A DNA stretch of 64,000 bases from NCBI GenBank assembly GCA_951406725.2, contig OX597833.1, positions 50,654,001-50,718,000 of the forward strand, read 5' to 3'. Shown here in pieces: positions 38,956-53,558 of this stretch. Each line of letters begins with the position of its first letter. Within the stretch, counting starts at the first letter, position 1. The position numbers and the translations under genes were made by a program. The notes beneath the pieces were generated by a model. It did not search any database and was not told the origin of the DNA. It saw only the letters and a program-made list of their open reading frames with translations. This DNA comes from Octopus vulgaris. Its lineage: Eukaryota.

Positions 38956-39508
38956 CATATATATTTATATATACATATATATACATATATATATACATAC
39001 ATACATACATATATATATATATATAATGGTATATTCTGTTAAGAACGTAGTAGAGTACAGTATAAAGCTCGTCTACATTCAGATTTAACCTTGCGCTATC
39101 CAGTAAAAGTATTATAGATACTTCGAGGTTTGCGTTTGGACATCTGTTGTATGCGAATAGACAACAAACAATTCGGAATCAAGAAAATGTATGGTTGGAT
39201 ATTTATTTTTTAATCCCTACAGTTGATTTCACGCAAGTAGTTCTCCAGTGGTGCAGGTGCTTGTTTATGCAAATTTTTCCCTGCATTATGAGATCTAGCT
39301 GTGTTTCCTCAGGCGATATTTAAAAATTGTCTCCGGAAACTCATAGATCTCACAATGCAGGAAAACAGTTGCATAATCAAGTACCTGCGTGTCTGGAGAA
39401 CTACGTTGCGTGGAAACAATTGTAGGGACTGAAAAATATATGTCCAACCGTACTCCTTGTTGACCCCGAATTTTATCAATTATATATATACATATACACA
39501 CAGACATT

Positions 39509-39539
<31 letters not shown>

Positions 39540-39985
39540 ATGTGAGTGTATGTATATATGTGTAAACATATACACAAAACACACACAAACGGGTGTGATA
39601 GAGAGTAGTGGAGAGAGAGGCACATCTATTTATCTCCTCATCTACCTGTGTGGGTTTGCCTACTTATCTAAGCAAATATTTAGTTGGATTTGTAACTGTC
39701 TATTTACAAATATACACACAAACACAAACACATATAGTCTCTCCCTCTCTCTTTCTCCTTCTCCCTCTCTCTCTCTCACACTCACACACGTACACACGAC
39801 ATTAAAATTGTAGAATGTGAGTCGGTACGTACACTTGTCTAAACACTAGCGTACTTATATAGCGAGCTGTCAACCTCTCTTTTTCCCTCCCTCCCTCTCT
39901 AATTGCTATATATATGTTTATATATATATACATATATATATGTTTATATATATATATACACATATATATATGTTTATATATATAC

Positions 39986-40030
<45 letters not shown>

Positions 40031-41124
40031 CACACACACATACACATACATATCAATGTGCACGTGTATGTTTGTGTGTATGTGCGCGTGTATGTATATG
40101 TATACATATGCCAAACTGCTTGTTAACCTGCTTTGCCTATATCAGCAGCATCATATCAGTGTGTGACAGAGTGAGTGAGTGTGTGAGTGTGAGTGAGCGA
40201 GTGAGTGAATGAGTGATAGAATGAGTGAGTGAGTGAGTGAGTGAGTGAGTGAGTGAGTGAGTGAGTGAGTGAGTGAGTGAGAGAGAGAGCGATAGAGACT
40301 AAATATATAGAGTGGTCGAAGATAGCATTGACCAAAGAAGAGTGGCGAAAAGCTAAAGTCAGAAGCGTTTATTTCTCTTGCGCTAGAAACAACACTTGGG
40401 GCAAATTACAACAAATGCAAGACGGACAATACAGTCGAGTTTGACAAGTACAGTTTGCGTGGTGGTAAAGGTGAGAATGTTTGGCATATTTTATATGAGT
40501 GTACGCAGAATACTAAACAAAATACGATAATAGGAGCTGCGTGGTAAATTTAGATTGAATACATCACATAGAGGAAAGACATGTTCCGGTCAACCCCCGC
40601 CCCACAAAAGGGCCATTGAGAATATATAAAAATAAAAATGCTGTGGAATGTAATAATTTAATGAACTGGAGAACATCCTATTCTCCGAATGAAGCACCCA
40701 GTCTCAAAGACTTTGGCCTCCTTCCCGTTGAATTCACTTACACCTGCTGTGTTAATTCTCTTTCGGATACCATCATTATTAAAATTCGGATTTCGGTGCA
40801 CCACTGCTTTTCTTGTCTTCCTTTGTCTTTTTACCAGACCGACTTTTTGTTTCGCTTTTATTTTGTTTTCTTCGTTTTCGTTCCGCTTTTTCACTTTCCA
40901 TCTTTTGCTCTCACCCATCCCTCACCCACTTTTGATATTTTCTTACAGGTCAGTGTCCTTTCTCAAGTTTTTAAATAAGACCAGCCATGATGGATATTTG
41001 AGTTCGAACGGTTACTTGGAAGCAAAAGACATGTTCAATAAATTATACTGTTCATTGTGTCATTGTGTTTTCATACCATAATACTAATAGTAGCATGTGA
41101 TTAATTTACTGTGTGCCTAAATGA

Positions 41125-41162
<38 letters not shown>

Positions 41163-41240
41163 ATATATACATATACATATATATACATACATACATATAC
41201 ACATACATATACATGCATACATATATATATATATACATAC

Positions 41241-41305
<65 letters not shown>

Positions 41306-41429
41306 AAATACATTTTGAGAATGAGCAAGTCTCCATGTTTTATATCGTTATGTTATTGCTGGCATGTTTTAAATAAATACACAAATACACCCACACACTC
41401 ACACATATATATGTATATAAATATGTGTG

Positions 41430-41645
41430 AGTGCGTGTGTGTATCTTTCTGTTTGTGTTTGTCACCACACACCGCTTGACAGTGGTGTGTTTGCGTCCAC
41501 GTAACTTAGCCGTTCGGCTAAAGATACCGATAGAGAATTACCAGGCTTTAAAAGATAAGTACTATGTTGGATTCATTCGACTAAAAACTCACGGCAGTGG
41601 CCCAGCGTTGCCGCAGTCTAATAACCGAAACAAGATAAAGATAAA
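41430..41645 (+). mobile_element. SINE family C, degenerate 3' half
   Basis: CCGCTTGACA..GTAACTTAGC.GTTCGGC..CCGATAGA. Confidence 0.75.
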
Positions 41646-42103
41646 ATATATACACACATATATAAACAACACAATTGATAACGAAGAGGTGAAATTAACT
41701 GCAGACATGAAGCATTTTAGATTCATTATAACTGCTATGAGATATGTAGGTCATATACGATATGGGTCAATATAGCACGATACTTTCCTCTAGGCTGACA
41801 ATGCATCACCGGGAAGGAAACATACAATAGTATTAATAATACTTAAAAAAGAAAAGGAGAAAGCTATCAGGAGGAAGACAATTGACACATGTTAATGCTA
41901 TTGGTTACAAGGTCTTGGATAAAAATCAACGTCTTGTCGTAAAGAATACATACGAAAGAGCATAGAAGAAAGTCTTAGTACATAGGAGATGCATTGATGT
42001 TCATGGGTTTGTATCACTCGTCTTACATCGTCCAATCGTCATTAACAACGGACAGGTAAAAGTGTGTACGGTGATGTATACATAAAATCGGGCAGTTACA
42101 TCG

Positions 42104-42790
42104 TGTGCATGGCTCAGTGGTTGGAGGGTCGAAATTGGGAGTTTGATTCCTGAACCGAGATAGTGAGTTCGATTACTGGTCGTGATAGCGAGTTCGATTC
42201 CTGGTCGAGATAGTAAGTTCGATTCGTGGTTGAGATAGTGAGTTCGATTCCTGGTGGAGATAGTGAGTTCGATTCCTGGTCGAGATAGGGAGTTCGATTC
42301 CTGGTTGAGATAGTGAGTTGGATTCCCGGTCGAGATAATGAGTCCGATACCTGGTCGGGATAGTGAATTCGATTCCTGGCCGAGATAGCGAGTTCGATTC
42401 CTGGTCGAGATAGTGAATTCGATTCCTGGTCGTGATAGCGAGTTCGATTCCTGGTCGAGATAGTGAGTTCGATTCCTAGTCGAGATAGTGAGTTCGATTC
42501 CCAGTCGAGGTAGTGAATTCGATTACTATCTATTGTGTTCTTGAGCAAGACACCTTATTTCACGTTGCTCCAGTTCACTCGGCTGTAGGAATAAGTTGTG
42601 ACATCACTGGTGCCAAGCTGTATCTGCCTTTGCCTTTACCCTTGGATAACATCGGTGACGGGGAGAGCGGAGGCTGGTATGTATTGGCAACTGTTGGTCT
42701 TCCACAAACAACGTTGCCCGGACTTATGCCTCAAAGGAGCTCTTTCTTTGTACAATCCCGTGGTTACTCATGACCGAAAAGGTTCTTTAA
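42104..42790 (+). mobile_element. tRNA-derived SINE with internal tandem B-box array
   Basis: A-box TGGCTCAGTGG (42110-42120), array, then CORE-like TTGTGTTCTTGAGCAAGACAC..CTCCAGTTCACTC body and a distinct tail. Confidence 0.8.
42139..42524 (+). repeat. Minisatellite, 15 full plus 1 partial 25-bp units GAGTTCGATTCCTGGTCGAGATAGT
   Basis: Units counted at 25-bp periodicity from 42165 (first unit 26 bp); each carries a GTTCGANNC B-box or a near match. Confidence 0.95.
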
Positions 42791-43016
42791 TATTCCAAAT
42801 AGAGTCCCATTGTTCCAAAAGCCTTTCGAAATTGAGTAAGCAGTATATAAACTTGAGGGTTTACGGTGTCTTTATCATCGGGTATGAAATATTTGAATAT
42901 ATATAATTTCAATGAGTCTTATCATTCATATACTAACAAACACGCGTGTGTATATGCGTGTATATAGACATATAAATATATATGTGTGTGTGTGTGTGCG
43001 TGTATTTGTGTGTGTA

Positions 43017-43050
<34 letters not shown>

Positions 43051-43177
43051 CCTGCGTGCGTGCGCGTGAGTGCCTGTGTGTGTGTGTGTATGTGTGTGTG
43101 GACACAGAGTGTGTATATATATAGGAATGATATATCCAGTCTGGTGCCTTTAGAACATTCAATTATAATTGATTGTA

Positions 43178-43310
43178 AAAAGGACAGACAAAGGGATTAA
43201 GTAGATAACTTCGACTCCAGTGCTTAACTGGTACTTATTTAAACGACCCTGAAAGGATAAAAGGCAAAGTCGAACTCGGTGGAATTTGAACTAAGAACGT
43301 AAAACATTTT
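43178..43310 (-). mobile_element. SINE family A fragment
   Basis: GGACAGACAAAGGGATTAAG...GGAATTTGAACT. Confidence 0.75.
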
Positions 43311-43756
43311 CGTGTTTATAAAGGACAAACTACTCTGTACGTCTTCAAATTCCAGCTGTTTAGTTTAACAGTCAAACTCGCTCTCTGACATAAGACGGAG
43401 TTTTCATACACTCACAATTGCAGGTCAAATCTATAAACATATCTAAGCTTTACTTAGTGGCCTAAGAGTCATCTCTCGCCAATTTTAAAACAGACAAACG
43501 CTTACACATTCAAGCATATAAACATTAACGCATGCATAATTACGTACATACACATATCGATGTATACATATATACGAAATACATACTTGATCAGATACGC
43601 ACAAAAGTTTTAGGCATATATACATACATACATACGTCCATAAATACACACACACACACACACACACACAAGTATCCTTATCTTTAAGTATGTGTGTGTG
43701 TGATGGAGAGACAGAGATGAGTGAAAGCGGGAAAGAGTGTGTGAGTATATCTGTGA

Positions 43757-44142
43757 CTGGCAGAATCGTTAGCACGCCGGGCGAAATACGTAGCCGTATT
43801 TCGTCTACCGTTACGTTCTGAGTTCAAATTGCGCCGAGGTCGACTTTGCCTTTCATCCTTTCGAGGTCGATTAGATAAGTACCAGTTACGCACTGGGGTC
43901 GATATAATCGACTTAATCCGTTTGTCTGTCCTTGTTTGTCCTCTCTGTGTTTAACCCCTTGTGGGTAGTAAAGAAATAAGTATTTCGTCTGTCTTTTCGT
44001 TCTGAGTTCAAATTCCGCCGAGGTCGACTTTACCTTTCATCCTTTCGGGGTCAATAAGTTAAGAACCAGTTGCGTACTGGGTTCGTTCTAATCGACTGTT
44101 CCCCTTCCCCAAAATCTCGGGTCTTGAGCCTAGAGTAGAAAA
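43757..44142 (+). mobile_element. SINE family A, full dimer
   Basis: Same two-body layout as 6525-6925. Confidence 0.9.
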
Positions 44143-44315
44143 TGTATATGTGTGACAGTTTGTGTATGTGTGTGACTGCGTGTGAATGCGTCATGTGTGT
44201 GAAACATAGTCAACAACTTTACAGTTAGGCATTTATAATTCGCTATATATTTCCGACATGCGTACGTACGCTCATCCATATATTTTCTAAGAAAATCAAG
44301 GACAAATATTCATAC

Positions 44316-44350
<35 letters not shown>

Positions 44351-44828
44351 CATACACATACTCTTATATATATATATGTATGTGTGTATATTTGTGTGTA
44401 CGTGCATGTCTGTGTATGTGTGTGTGTTTCATATTCTTGCACTTACATATATGAGCACATACATATGATGTTATATGCTTGTATTTTACTACAGACAAGC
44501 GATTACACATGTATAATATATTAATATATATGCACACTCACAACCCACACATACATACACACACACATATATGCATATCTTATACATAAACTTGTGTGTT
44601 TGTGAGCATGGATGTTTATGCGCAAATATTTTCGTGAACAAGATTTGTATGTTTATAGGCATACGTGTTCGTGTATTATATAGTTGCAAGCATACATACA
44701 TACATACATATGTGTGTGTGTGTGTAAGATGGGCATACGTATGCTTGTACGTACGTATGTATGTATGTATGTATGTATGTATGTATGTATATATATATAC
44801 ATATATATATACATATGTATATGTATAT

Positions 44829-44952
<124 letters not shown>

Positions 44953-44959
44953 TATTTAT

Positions 44960-45096
<137 letters not shown>

Positions 45097-45460
45097 GCAT
45101 ATGGTGATATGCGTTTTTATACACGCACTCGTTTTTGCATGTACGTACACAACCTAAGATATTCGATAGCGAAAAAGCCAATAATTGCTAACTTATGCGT
45201 AAGGATATTGAAATGTGAGATATTTTTCTCAATAATGTTGATTAGTGGTCTGTTCATTTGGTTCATGTATCGCCACAGGTGTCCTTGTTAATTACGCTGT
45301 TCTCCCCACTAAACAGCACTACAATTCGCTTTATATGAAAACATTGCATAGAAAATTTAGTAAAATAACTAAACTCGACGCTCACCCACTTGCTGCAGCT
45401 GTGAGTTTATATATGTGTCATTCAGAGATTGTGTGTGTGGAGGTGTTTAATTATGTGTAC

Positions 45461-45524
<64 letters not shown>

Positions 45525-45804
45525 CATGTGAATGAGTGTATGTTGGTGTATATGTCTGCATGTGGCTGTACATGAAACTTAATTATGAGTATATGACACT
45601 TGTGTATATGAAAATCTTTATATACAGTGTTGATATGCATATATGATATATATATATATGATATATATATATATATGTATATGTATATGTATATATGTAT
45701 GTATGCATGTATGTATGTATATTTATATACATATAATATAACTTTATATATTTGCATATATACTGTATATGTATATGCAATATACACATGTATATACATG
45801 TAAA

Positions 45805-45854
<50 letters not shown>

Positions 45855-46023
45855 TAGATAGATAGATAGATAGATAGACAGATAGATAGATAGATAGATC
45901 GATAGATAGATACATACATACGCACATATATATTTACGTATGTATACATGTGTGTCTACGCATATATAGTCAGATAGACAGACAGACAGACAGACAGACA
46001 GGCAGAGAGACAGACAGACAGAG

Positions 46024-46073
<50 letters not shown>

Positions 46074-46275
46074 GTAGATATATATACATTGATACACTAA
46101 TAATACGAACAGTTACTATTAAAGGTTCTTCTTTGCATACATACGCACATAGAAGCTCATACACAATCAGATATACTATATTAGATATCATAAGTTAGTA
46201 CGAAGCATTGCAACTAAACACACTGGTACACACATTATTTTCTTTGTGAGTGTATATGTGTGTTCGTTCTTTTTA

Positions 46276-46306
<31 letters not shown>

Positions 46307-46390
46307 CATAAACATATATATATACATCCACACACGCTCACGCACACACACACATACACAGGCAAGCACCTCACCCCATAAACATATATA

Positions 46391-47268
46391 CAGGCTGCTA
46401 TGAATAAACTGTCTTCTAAATGACACAAAAATGAAAATAACACTGACATCTCAATTTAACAGATATATTTACCAAAATTACATGAAAATATCTTGAAATA
46501 TTAAAGGGTAAATTTGTTCAATAAAATCGCCATTGGCTTCAACCACGGCCTCCAGGTGACTTCGGTATCTCCTGCGACACTTCTCGACACCCTCCTTGTT
46601 TATGTTGGTGAATGCTACCATAAACCTTGCCTTCGGTTTATCTTTTGTGTCACAAGGAGTTTTGTTGGGCTCCTGCTCAACTGTGCCCCACACATAATAG
46701 TCAAGGGGGTTGCAGTGTGGGAAGTTAGTTGACCGAATGTTAGAGGTAATGTGGTCGCAGAATTTGTATGACTGCCATGATTGGGTTCTCCTGCTGGGCA
46801 TAATGCAGAATCCTGTTACTAGACATTGGGTCTTTCAGCAGCCAAACTCTTGACCCAGGGCAGCACTACCTCCTCCAGGCACTTGATATAGGCCTTCGTG
46901 ATGAGTCTGAGGCCATGTGGGAAGATGAATGGAAGCATAACGTCGCCATCACTAGTGATCACTCCAAACACCATGATGTTGGCTGGATGTTTGAATTTTA
47001 TCACTCTCGGTACTTGTTTTCGGACAATCTGTCCTCAGATGGACGCCCAAGCACTCTGAAATGTTCGTATCGGAGCTTCGGGCATGAATGCCAAGCCGTA
47101 CATCATGTTGATTCCAAATTCCTGACAGAGTGAATTGCGTCATGGTGCTGCTTTTCTCACAGGCGGTGACCAGCTGAACATAGTATACTCTGTAGCCGAT
47201 AAAATCAAAACAATGCGCATGCGCAAAATTAAAGGAATAAATGGCGATGATTTACTCATTGCACGCTG
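46391..47268 (-). mobile_element. Internally deleted Tc1/mariner element, maT (DD37D)-type
   Basis: TA on both sides; imperfect TIRs CAGGCTGCTATGAATAAA / CAGCGTGCAATGAGTAAA; broken transposase KHPANIMVFGVITSDG..QDSA..HCNPLDYYVWG..LEAVVEANGDFIE. The DD37D call assumes restoration of a small deletion. Confidence 0.85.
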
Positions 47269-47449
47269 TATGTATGGCTTAGGTGCTCAGAAGCGACTAA
47301 GTTCTTGTAGCTTACCCCCAAAATTGCATAATTGTTTTAAGTGCCCTTGTAGTCATAAGTAGACATATTCATCCTCTCAACCCCTCCACTATTGTCTCAA
47401 CGTAACATCTCGCATGCGAATGACTCAACGTAACATTTCGCATGCGAAA

Positions 47450-47506
<57 letters not shown>

Positions 47507-48468
47507 ACATGAGAGAGAGAGAAAGAGTGAGATCTATCAGCCGTCTAGCACTCTGATTTTCAGATGAGCAGATTGCTACAACGTATAATTGATATCTAAG
47601 GACACAATACGTGGCCTGTCCAAGGATAGAACCCACGATCTTGCGATTCTGAAGCCAACACTTAGACGTCGTTCCCATGTACATATCCCGACAGTTATAC
47701 CCTGTTTATAGTCATATGCATTATTCTCCGAATGTTCATGTCAAACTCTCATATAAATCGTCAAATATTTGAGCGCATGATATATGTTTGCAGACAGTAA
47801 ATATAGCAATTTCTAAGTCCCGATATATTGTTTAAAGGAAATATATGCAAGTTTTCCTCGATGGAAGTCTTCTAGTACAGAAAGTTCTTTCCTGTCAATC
47901 TTATTTCTCATAAGTAAGTATTTTAAAACCAAAATCCATCTGTGTTTAGCAGTCTCTTGTGATTGAAGACAAAGCTATCTCCCGGGTAGGAACAAATGTG
48001 TTGCAGGAATCAAACATCTTAGATTAATCTCTCATATAAGAAGGAATCCCTTCTACATTAAAGTACTCAAAATGGTAACGAATTCTTAAGGGCACACATA
48101 CCATGTACTTATATACGTACTCCAAAGAGTATATGCCATCTTTTTATGGGTGAATTAATTCCAACAAATATACTTAACGAATATCCATACATATACAAAT
48201 ATATATACGTGTATGTATATATATATACGTGTATGTATACAAATATATGAATATATATACAAGCACACATACATATGCAAATATATATATACACGCGCAC
48301 ACATATACAAATATATATACGCGCACATATACAAATATATGTATACACACATACATATCGAAATATATATATACTCATATATATATACAAATATATATAC
48401 GCGCATATATACAAATATACATACACACATACACATACAAATATATATATACAAATATACATATACAA

Positions 48469-48521
<53 letters not shown>

Positions 48522-49470
48522 CACATACACATAGACATTTATATACACACAGATACATATACAAATATATATACAAAATATACACAAATATATATATACA
48601 CACACAAATACTTATACATATATATATACATACACGCACATACATATGCAAATATATATACGCGCACATATACGAACATATATTCACACACACGCATATA
48701 AATACATATACAAATATACATATACTCGCAGTTACACATACAAATATATATATATCTTTACATACGCTGTAACGAATTTAATGGCTAATTTTCTGTTTTA
48801 ACAGTGTTTAACATTTACTTGGTGAAGCTAATCTAGCAATAGCAATCAGACACGCTGCCTGAGTGATTAGGGAGTTTACTCCGACGCTTGTGACTAAATT
48901 CTTTAATCGTTTTATTTGTTTATAAACAGGGTCTGATATCTGATAGCTGTGTTTATCACTGTGCCAGTTCGTTAAATAAAAATGATAACTTGGAAAGAAA
49001 GCAATTGTACTTTACCAAGTTTCGCCAGACAAGTATTAATGGATATCAGGAGTTTTGTGTTTCTAACACCGGCTATTATTCATCGTTGCGCTAGAGTGTT
49101 CGGTGGGATGCGCGTGCGTTTGTATGCGTATCTATGCGTGCGTGCATGTGTGTGTTTGTGTGTGTGTGTACGTATGTGTGTGCGTGTGAGTATGTTTATC
49201 ATTGTAAATAGCACTAAGTATGTACGTAACTATGTATGTATGTATGTACGTATTTATCTATCTATCAATCTATTCATCTCTCTTTCTCTCTCTCCCTCTC
49301 TCTTTCTCTCTCTCTCTCTATCTATCTATCTATTATATGCCAATATACCTACCTCCTTATCTTTGTATCTCTATGTACATTTATGTGTGTTTGGCTGCGT
49401 GTATACGAATTTATATGTGTATGTATGTGTGTGTGCATATATACATATGTGTGTGTGTGTGTGTGTGTGT

Positions 49471-49766
49471 GGAGGTGCAATGGCCCAGTGGTTAGGGCAA
49501 CGGACTCGCGGTTTTGATTTCCAGACCGGGCGTTGTGTGTGTTTATTGAGCGAAAACACTTAAAAGCTCCACGAGGCTCTGGCCGAGGTGGGTGGTGGCA
49601 ATCCCTGTTGAACTCTTTCGCCACAACTTTCGCTCACTCTCTCTTCCTGTTTCTTGAGTAACCCTGCGATGGACTGGCATCCCGTCCAGTTGGGGGGAAC
49701 ACATACGCCACAGAAACCGGGAAACCGGGCCCATGTGTCTGGCTATGCTTGAAAAGGGCGAGGTTT
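49471..49766 (+). mobile_element. SINE family B hybrid (head and body like 4699, tail like 51340)
   Basis: GGAGGTGCAATGGCCCAGTGGTTAGGGC...AAAGCTCCACGAGGCTC...CTGCGATGGACTGGC...GAAACCGGGCCCATG. Confidence 0.88.
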
Positions 49767-49847
49767 ATCGCTATATATATGAAATAATGTATTCCTGTGT
49801 GTGCGTAGATACACACACAAACATAAGTATGTATGCAAATACGCAGT

Positions 49848-50006
49848 CTTTTACTTATTTTAGTCATTGGACTGCAGCCATACTGGAGCACCGCCTTCTA
49901 GTCGAAGAAATCCACCCCAGGACGTATTCTTTTTAGGCCCGAAACTTATTTTAAACACACCAAGATCGATTGTCAAGCGGTGATGGGGGATAAACACAGT
50001 CATAAA

Positions 50007-50083
<77 letters not shown>

Positions 50084-50294
50084 AAATATTAGGGAATAAA
50101 TCCAAACTTACAGGGAAAAATCAGATTTAGGATTAAATCCAATTTTATAGTATAAATATATTATATTATATTATATTAAATTAGAGATAAAACCACTATT
50201 AGGCAAATCAAACAATGAAAAACATAAGCCAATACATAAAATTAATTTAATTTATATTATTTTAAATATATATCAAAAGTATTAAAAGTTTAAT

Positions 50295-50355
<61 letters not shown>

Positions 50356-50733
50356 TTATATGACCGGCTTCTTTCTGCTTTCTACTACAAAATCCACTCC
50401 CAAGACTTTGGTCAGCTCGCGGCTACAGTAGAAGACACTTGCCCAAGGTTCCACGCAGTGGGACTGAACCCTGCATCATGTGTTAGGAAAGTAAACTTCT
50501 TATTTCTTTATTTCCCACAAAGGACTAAACATAGAGGGGACAAAGAAGGACAGACAAACGGATTAGTCGATTACATCGACTACCAGTGTGTAACTGGTAC
50601 TTAATTTATCGACGCCGAAAGGATTAAAGGCAAAGTCGACCTCGGCGAAATTTGAACTCAGAACGCAGCGGCAGACGAATTACCGCAAAGCATCTCTGCC
50701 AGCTCGCCGCCTTACCACACAGCCTCACCCGCA
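49848..50733 (-). mobile_element. SINE family C carrying two nested inserts: ~215-bp AT-rich insert in its (TA)n (50081-50297) and a family A SINE (50502-50712)
   Basis: Family C tail at 49848; head resumes at ACCACACAGCC (50714). Confidence 0.8.
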
Positions 50734-51014
50734 TATCAGTACATGTGCGTGCACTTACTATGTTTGGAGTTTTGCTCTCTTGTGTGTTTTTGTTAGTGTT
50801 GAGCTCTTTTTACATTGTTATAAAATTCAATGTAAACCTGAAAGTGTATCTATCTGATGACATGGCCATTCTGATAGGAGTTAGGTTATCTCTGCAGGAG
50901 ATGTCTCCTACACCAGACGGCGCTGATATTCCGGAAGTGATGAAATACGTAGATGTACGAGAGATGTGATAACGGACTATTAATAACAATGAAACATATA
51001 TATATTTTTTTCAT

Positions 51015-51260
51015 CTTTTATCTTTAACTTGTTTCAGTCATTTGACTGCGGCCATGCTGGAGCATCGTCTTAAAGGGTTCTTTTAGTCAAACAAATCGAC
51101 TGCAGGGCTTTTTTTAACGACTGATGATTATTCCACCATTCACTTTTGCCGAACCGTTAATTTACGGGGGTGGAATGAGGTGGGGGAAGTAAACACACCG
51201 ATACCGGTTGTCAAGCTGTGGTAGCGGACATACACAGCCATAAAGACACACACACACATA
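51015..51260 (-). mobile_element. SINE family C, 3' half
   Basis: Canonical tail CTTGTTTCAGTCATTTGACTGCGGCCATGCTGGAGCA. Confidence 0.8.
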
Positions 51261-51296
51261 GATATATACATATGTATGTGTGTGCGTATAAATATG

Positions 51297-51329
<33 letters not shown>

Positions 51330-51339
51330 ATATATACTG

Positions 51340-51570
51340 CGGAGGCGCGTGGCCTAGTGGTCGTAAGATTGTGGTTTCGATTCCTGGACCGGGCGACGCG
51401 TTGTGTTCTTGAGCAAAACACTTCAGTTCACGTCGCTCCAGTCCACTCAGCTGGCAAAAATGAGTAACGCTGCGATGGACTGGCGTCCCATCCAGCTGGG
51501 GAACACTTACGCCATTGAAACCGGGAAACCGGGCCCATGAGCCTGGCTAGGCTTGAAAAGAGCACATTTA
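51340..51570 (+). mobile_element. SINE family B variant (CORE-like body) inserted in a microsatellite
   Basis: GGAGGCGCGTGGCCTAGTGG..GGTTTCGATTCC..TTGTGTTCTTGAGCAAAACAC..GCGATGGACTGGCGTCCC; TATATATACT on both flanks. Confidence 0.88.
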
Positions 51571-51727
51571 TAATTATATATATACTATCTTAAATCACTG
51601 AACGAGAGGTAAACAGTAACAGTACAAAATCGTAAAATATATTTGCCAACTAAATATGGCGGTCCCATAGAGGACCATGACACTGTTGTTTGTATTCCCA
51701 GGAAGGCATCTCCTGGGAATAAAAACA

Positions 51728-52257
51728 GACCAATAGAATAAGTACTAAGTTTACAAAGAATAAGTCCTGGGGTCGATATCTTCGACTAACACCCTTTAAA
51801 GCGGTGCTCCAGCATGGCCGCAGTCAAATGATTCAAACAAGTAACACTATATATATATATATATATATATATTCTCTTTTACTATTTTACTTGACTGTGG
51901 CCATGCTGGAGCACCGTCTTTAGTCGAGCAAATCGACCCCAGGACTTATTCTCTGTAAGACTAGTACTTATTCTATCGGTCTCTTTTGCCGAAACGCTAA
52001 GTTACGGGGACGTAAACACACTAGCATCGGTTCTCAAGTGATGTTGGGGAGACAAACACAGACACATTACATATATATACACACGCATACATATATATAA
52101 ACATATTTACGACGGGCTTCTTGAAGTTTCCGTCTACCAAATCCACTCACAAGGCTTTGGTCTGCCCGAGGCTATACCAAGGTGCCACGTAGTGGGACTG
52201 AACCCGGAACCATGTGATTGGTTAGGAAACTACTTACCACACAACCACTCCTACGCC
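51728..52257. mobile_element. Tail-to-tail family C SINEs (51728-51845 plus, 51872-52257 minus)
   Basis: Two canonical tails facing each other across a (TA)n. Confidence 0.85.
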
Positions 52258-52324
52258 TATATATGTATATGCATGTATATATTTATAAATAGTCAATGTA
52301 TGTGTATATATGTCACGCTGTGTC

Positions 52325-52369
<45 letters not shown>

Positions 52370-53013
52370 TGTATATATTTATACAACCCTCATCGTCGTA
52401 ACCGACGGAGTGCTTCCATTCCATATGTGTTTGAATATGTTTGTGTATTCTATGTACATCCCCCGCCATGCGTTTCCTTCTGTAAAATTCCTACCCTGGG
52501 AACTATGTTAGACATGTTTATACTGTATCAATATTACACAGGCTCATGCTCACATGTATGGAGTGTGCGTTACGCGAGCAAACCAAAGGAAGATCATTAG
52601 CGAATTTTCTATTTGTGTAGTAAACCATGTTAGTCGTGTCTCATTAGCGGTGATGACATCATCTTGGATCTGAAACTCGCGGTTACCTGAGACATTGATA
52701 CAGCGGGTAACGCATTCCATGGGCAGCTTACCGATGTGTTTCGCGGTGTGTAGAATAACAAAGTGCCAGACGAAGGAGGAAGATCTTGGATATTCTTGTG
52801 ATTAGTGTTGGTGGTGGTGGTGGTGGTGGTGGTGGTGGAGTTGGTGGTGGTGGTAGTGAGGACGGGTTTCCAAAATGTCACTGTATTACTATTTTCCGTG
52901 TGTGTGAATAAGTGTATGTACACATACGTATGCACGTAGGCATGTGGTGTGTGCCATGTGCCAGTGCGTATATACATTTTAAAATGGATGATAGAATATG
53001 TGATGTGCAGCAG

Positions 53014-53082
<69 letters not shown>

Positions 53083-53139
53083 CAAGTATATACACACACA
53101 CACATATATATATACAGCTACATATATGTATGTATGCAT

Positions 53140-53172
<33 letters not shown>

Positions 53173-53255
53173 TATACGCCTGACATGAATAGATACATAT
53201 ATATATATGCACATTATGTATATGTAAGCATTATATAACATGTACATGTGTATAG

Positions 53256-53307
<52 letters not shown>

Positions 53308-53312
53308 ATATT

Positions 53313-53348
<36 letters not shown>

Positions 53349-53501
53349 CACACACATATATGTTTGTATACGAATATATCGTTGAGTATGTCTATGTGTA
53401 TATGTATATAAGCGCCTGCTTGTGTTTGTATGTATTTGAATATTTGTGTGTGGTAAGGAAAGAAAGAGAGGGCAAGTATATGTGTGTGTGTGTGAGAGAG
53501 A

Positions 53502-53558
<57 letters not shown>

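Noticed and set aside
40616-41081. Overlapping 120-130 aa ORFs in non-repetitive sequence
   Set aside because: Open frames arise from pyrimidine-rich composition; no recognisable homology or exon structure.
42139-42524. CRISPR-like regular repeat
   Set aside because: Units are contiguous with no unique spacers, there are no cas genes, and the context is a eukaryotic SINE.
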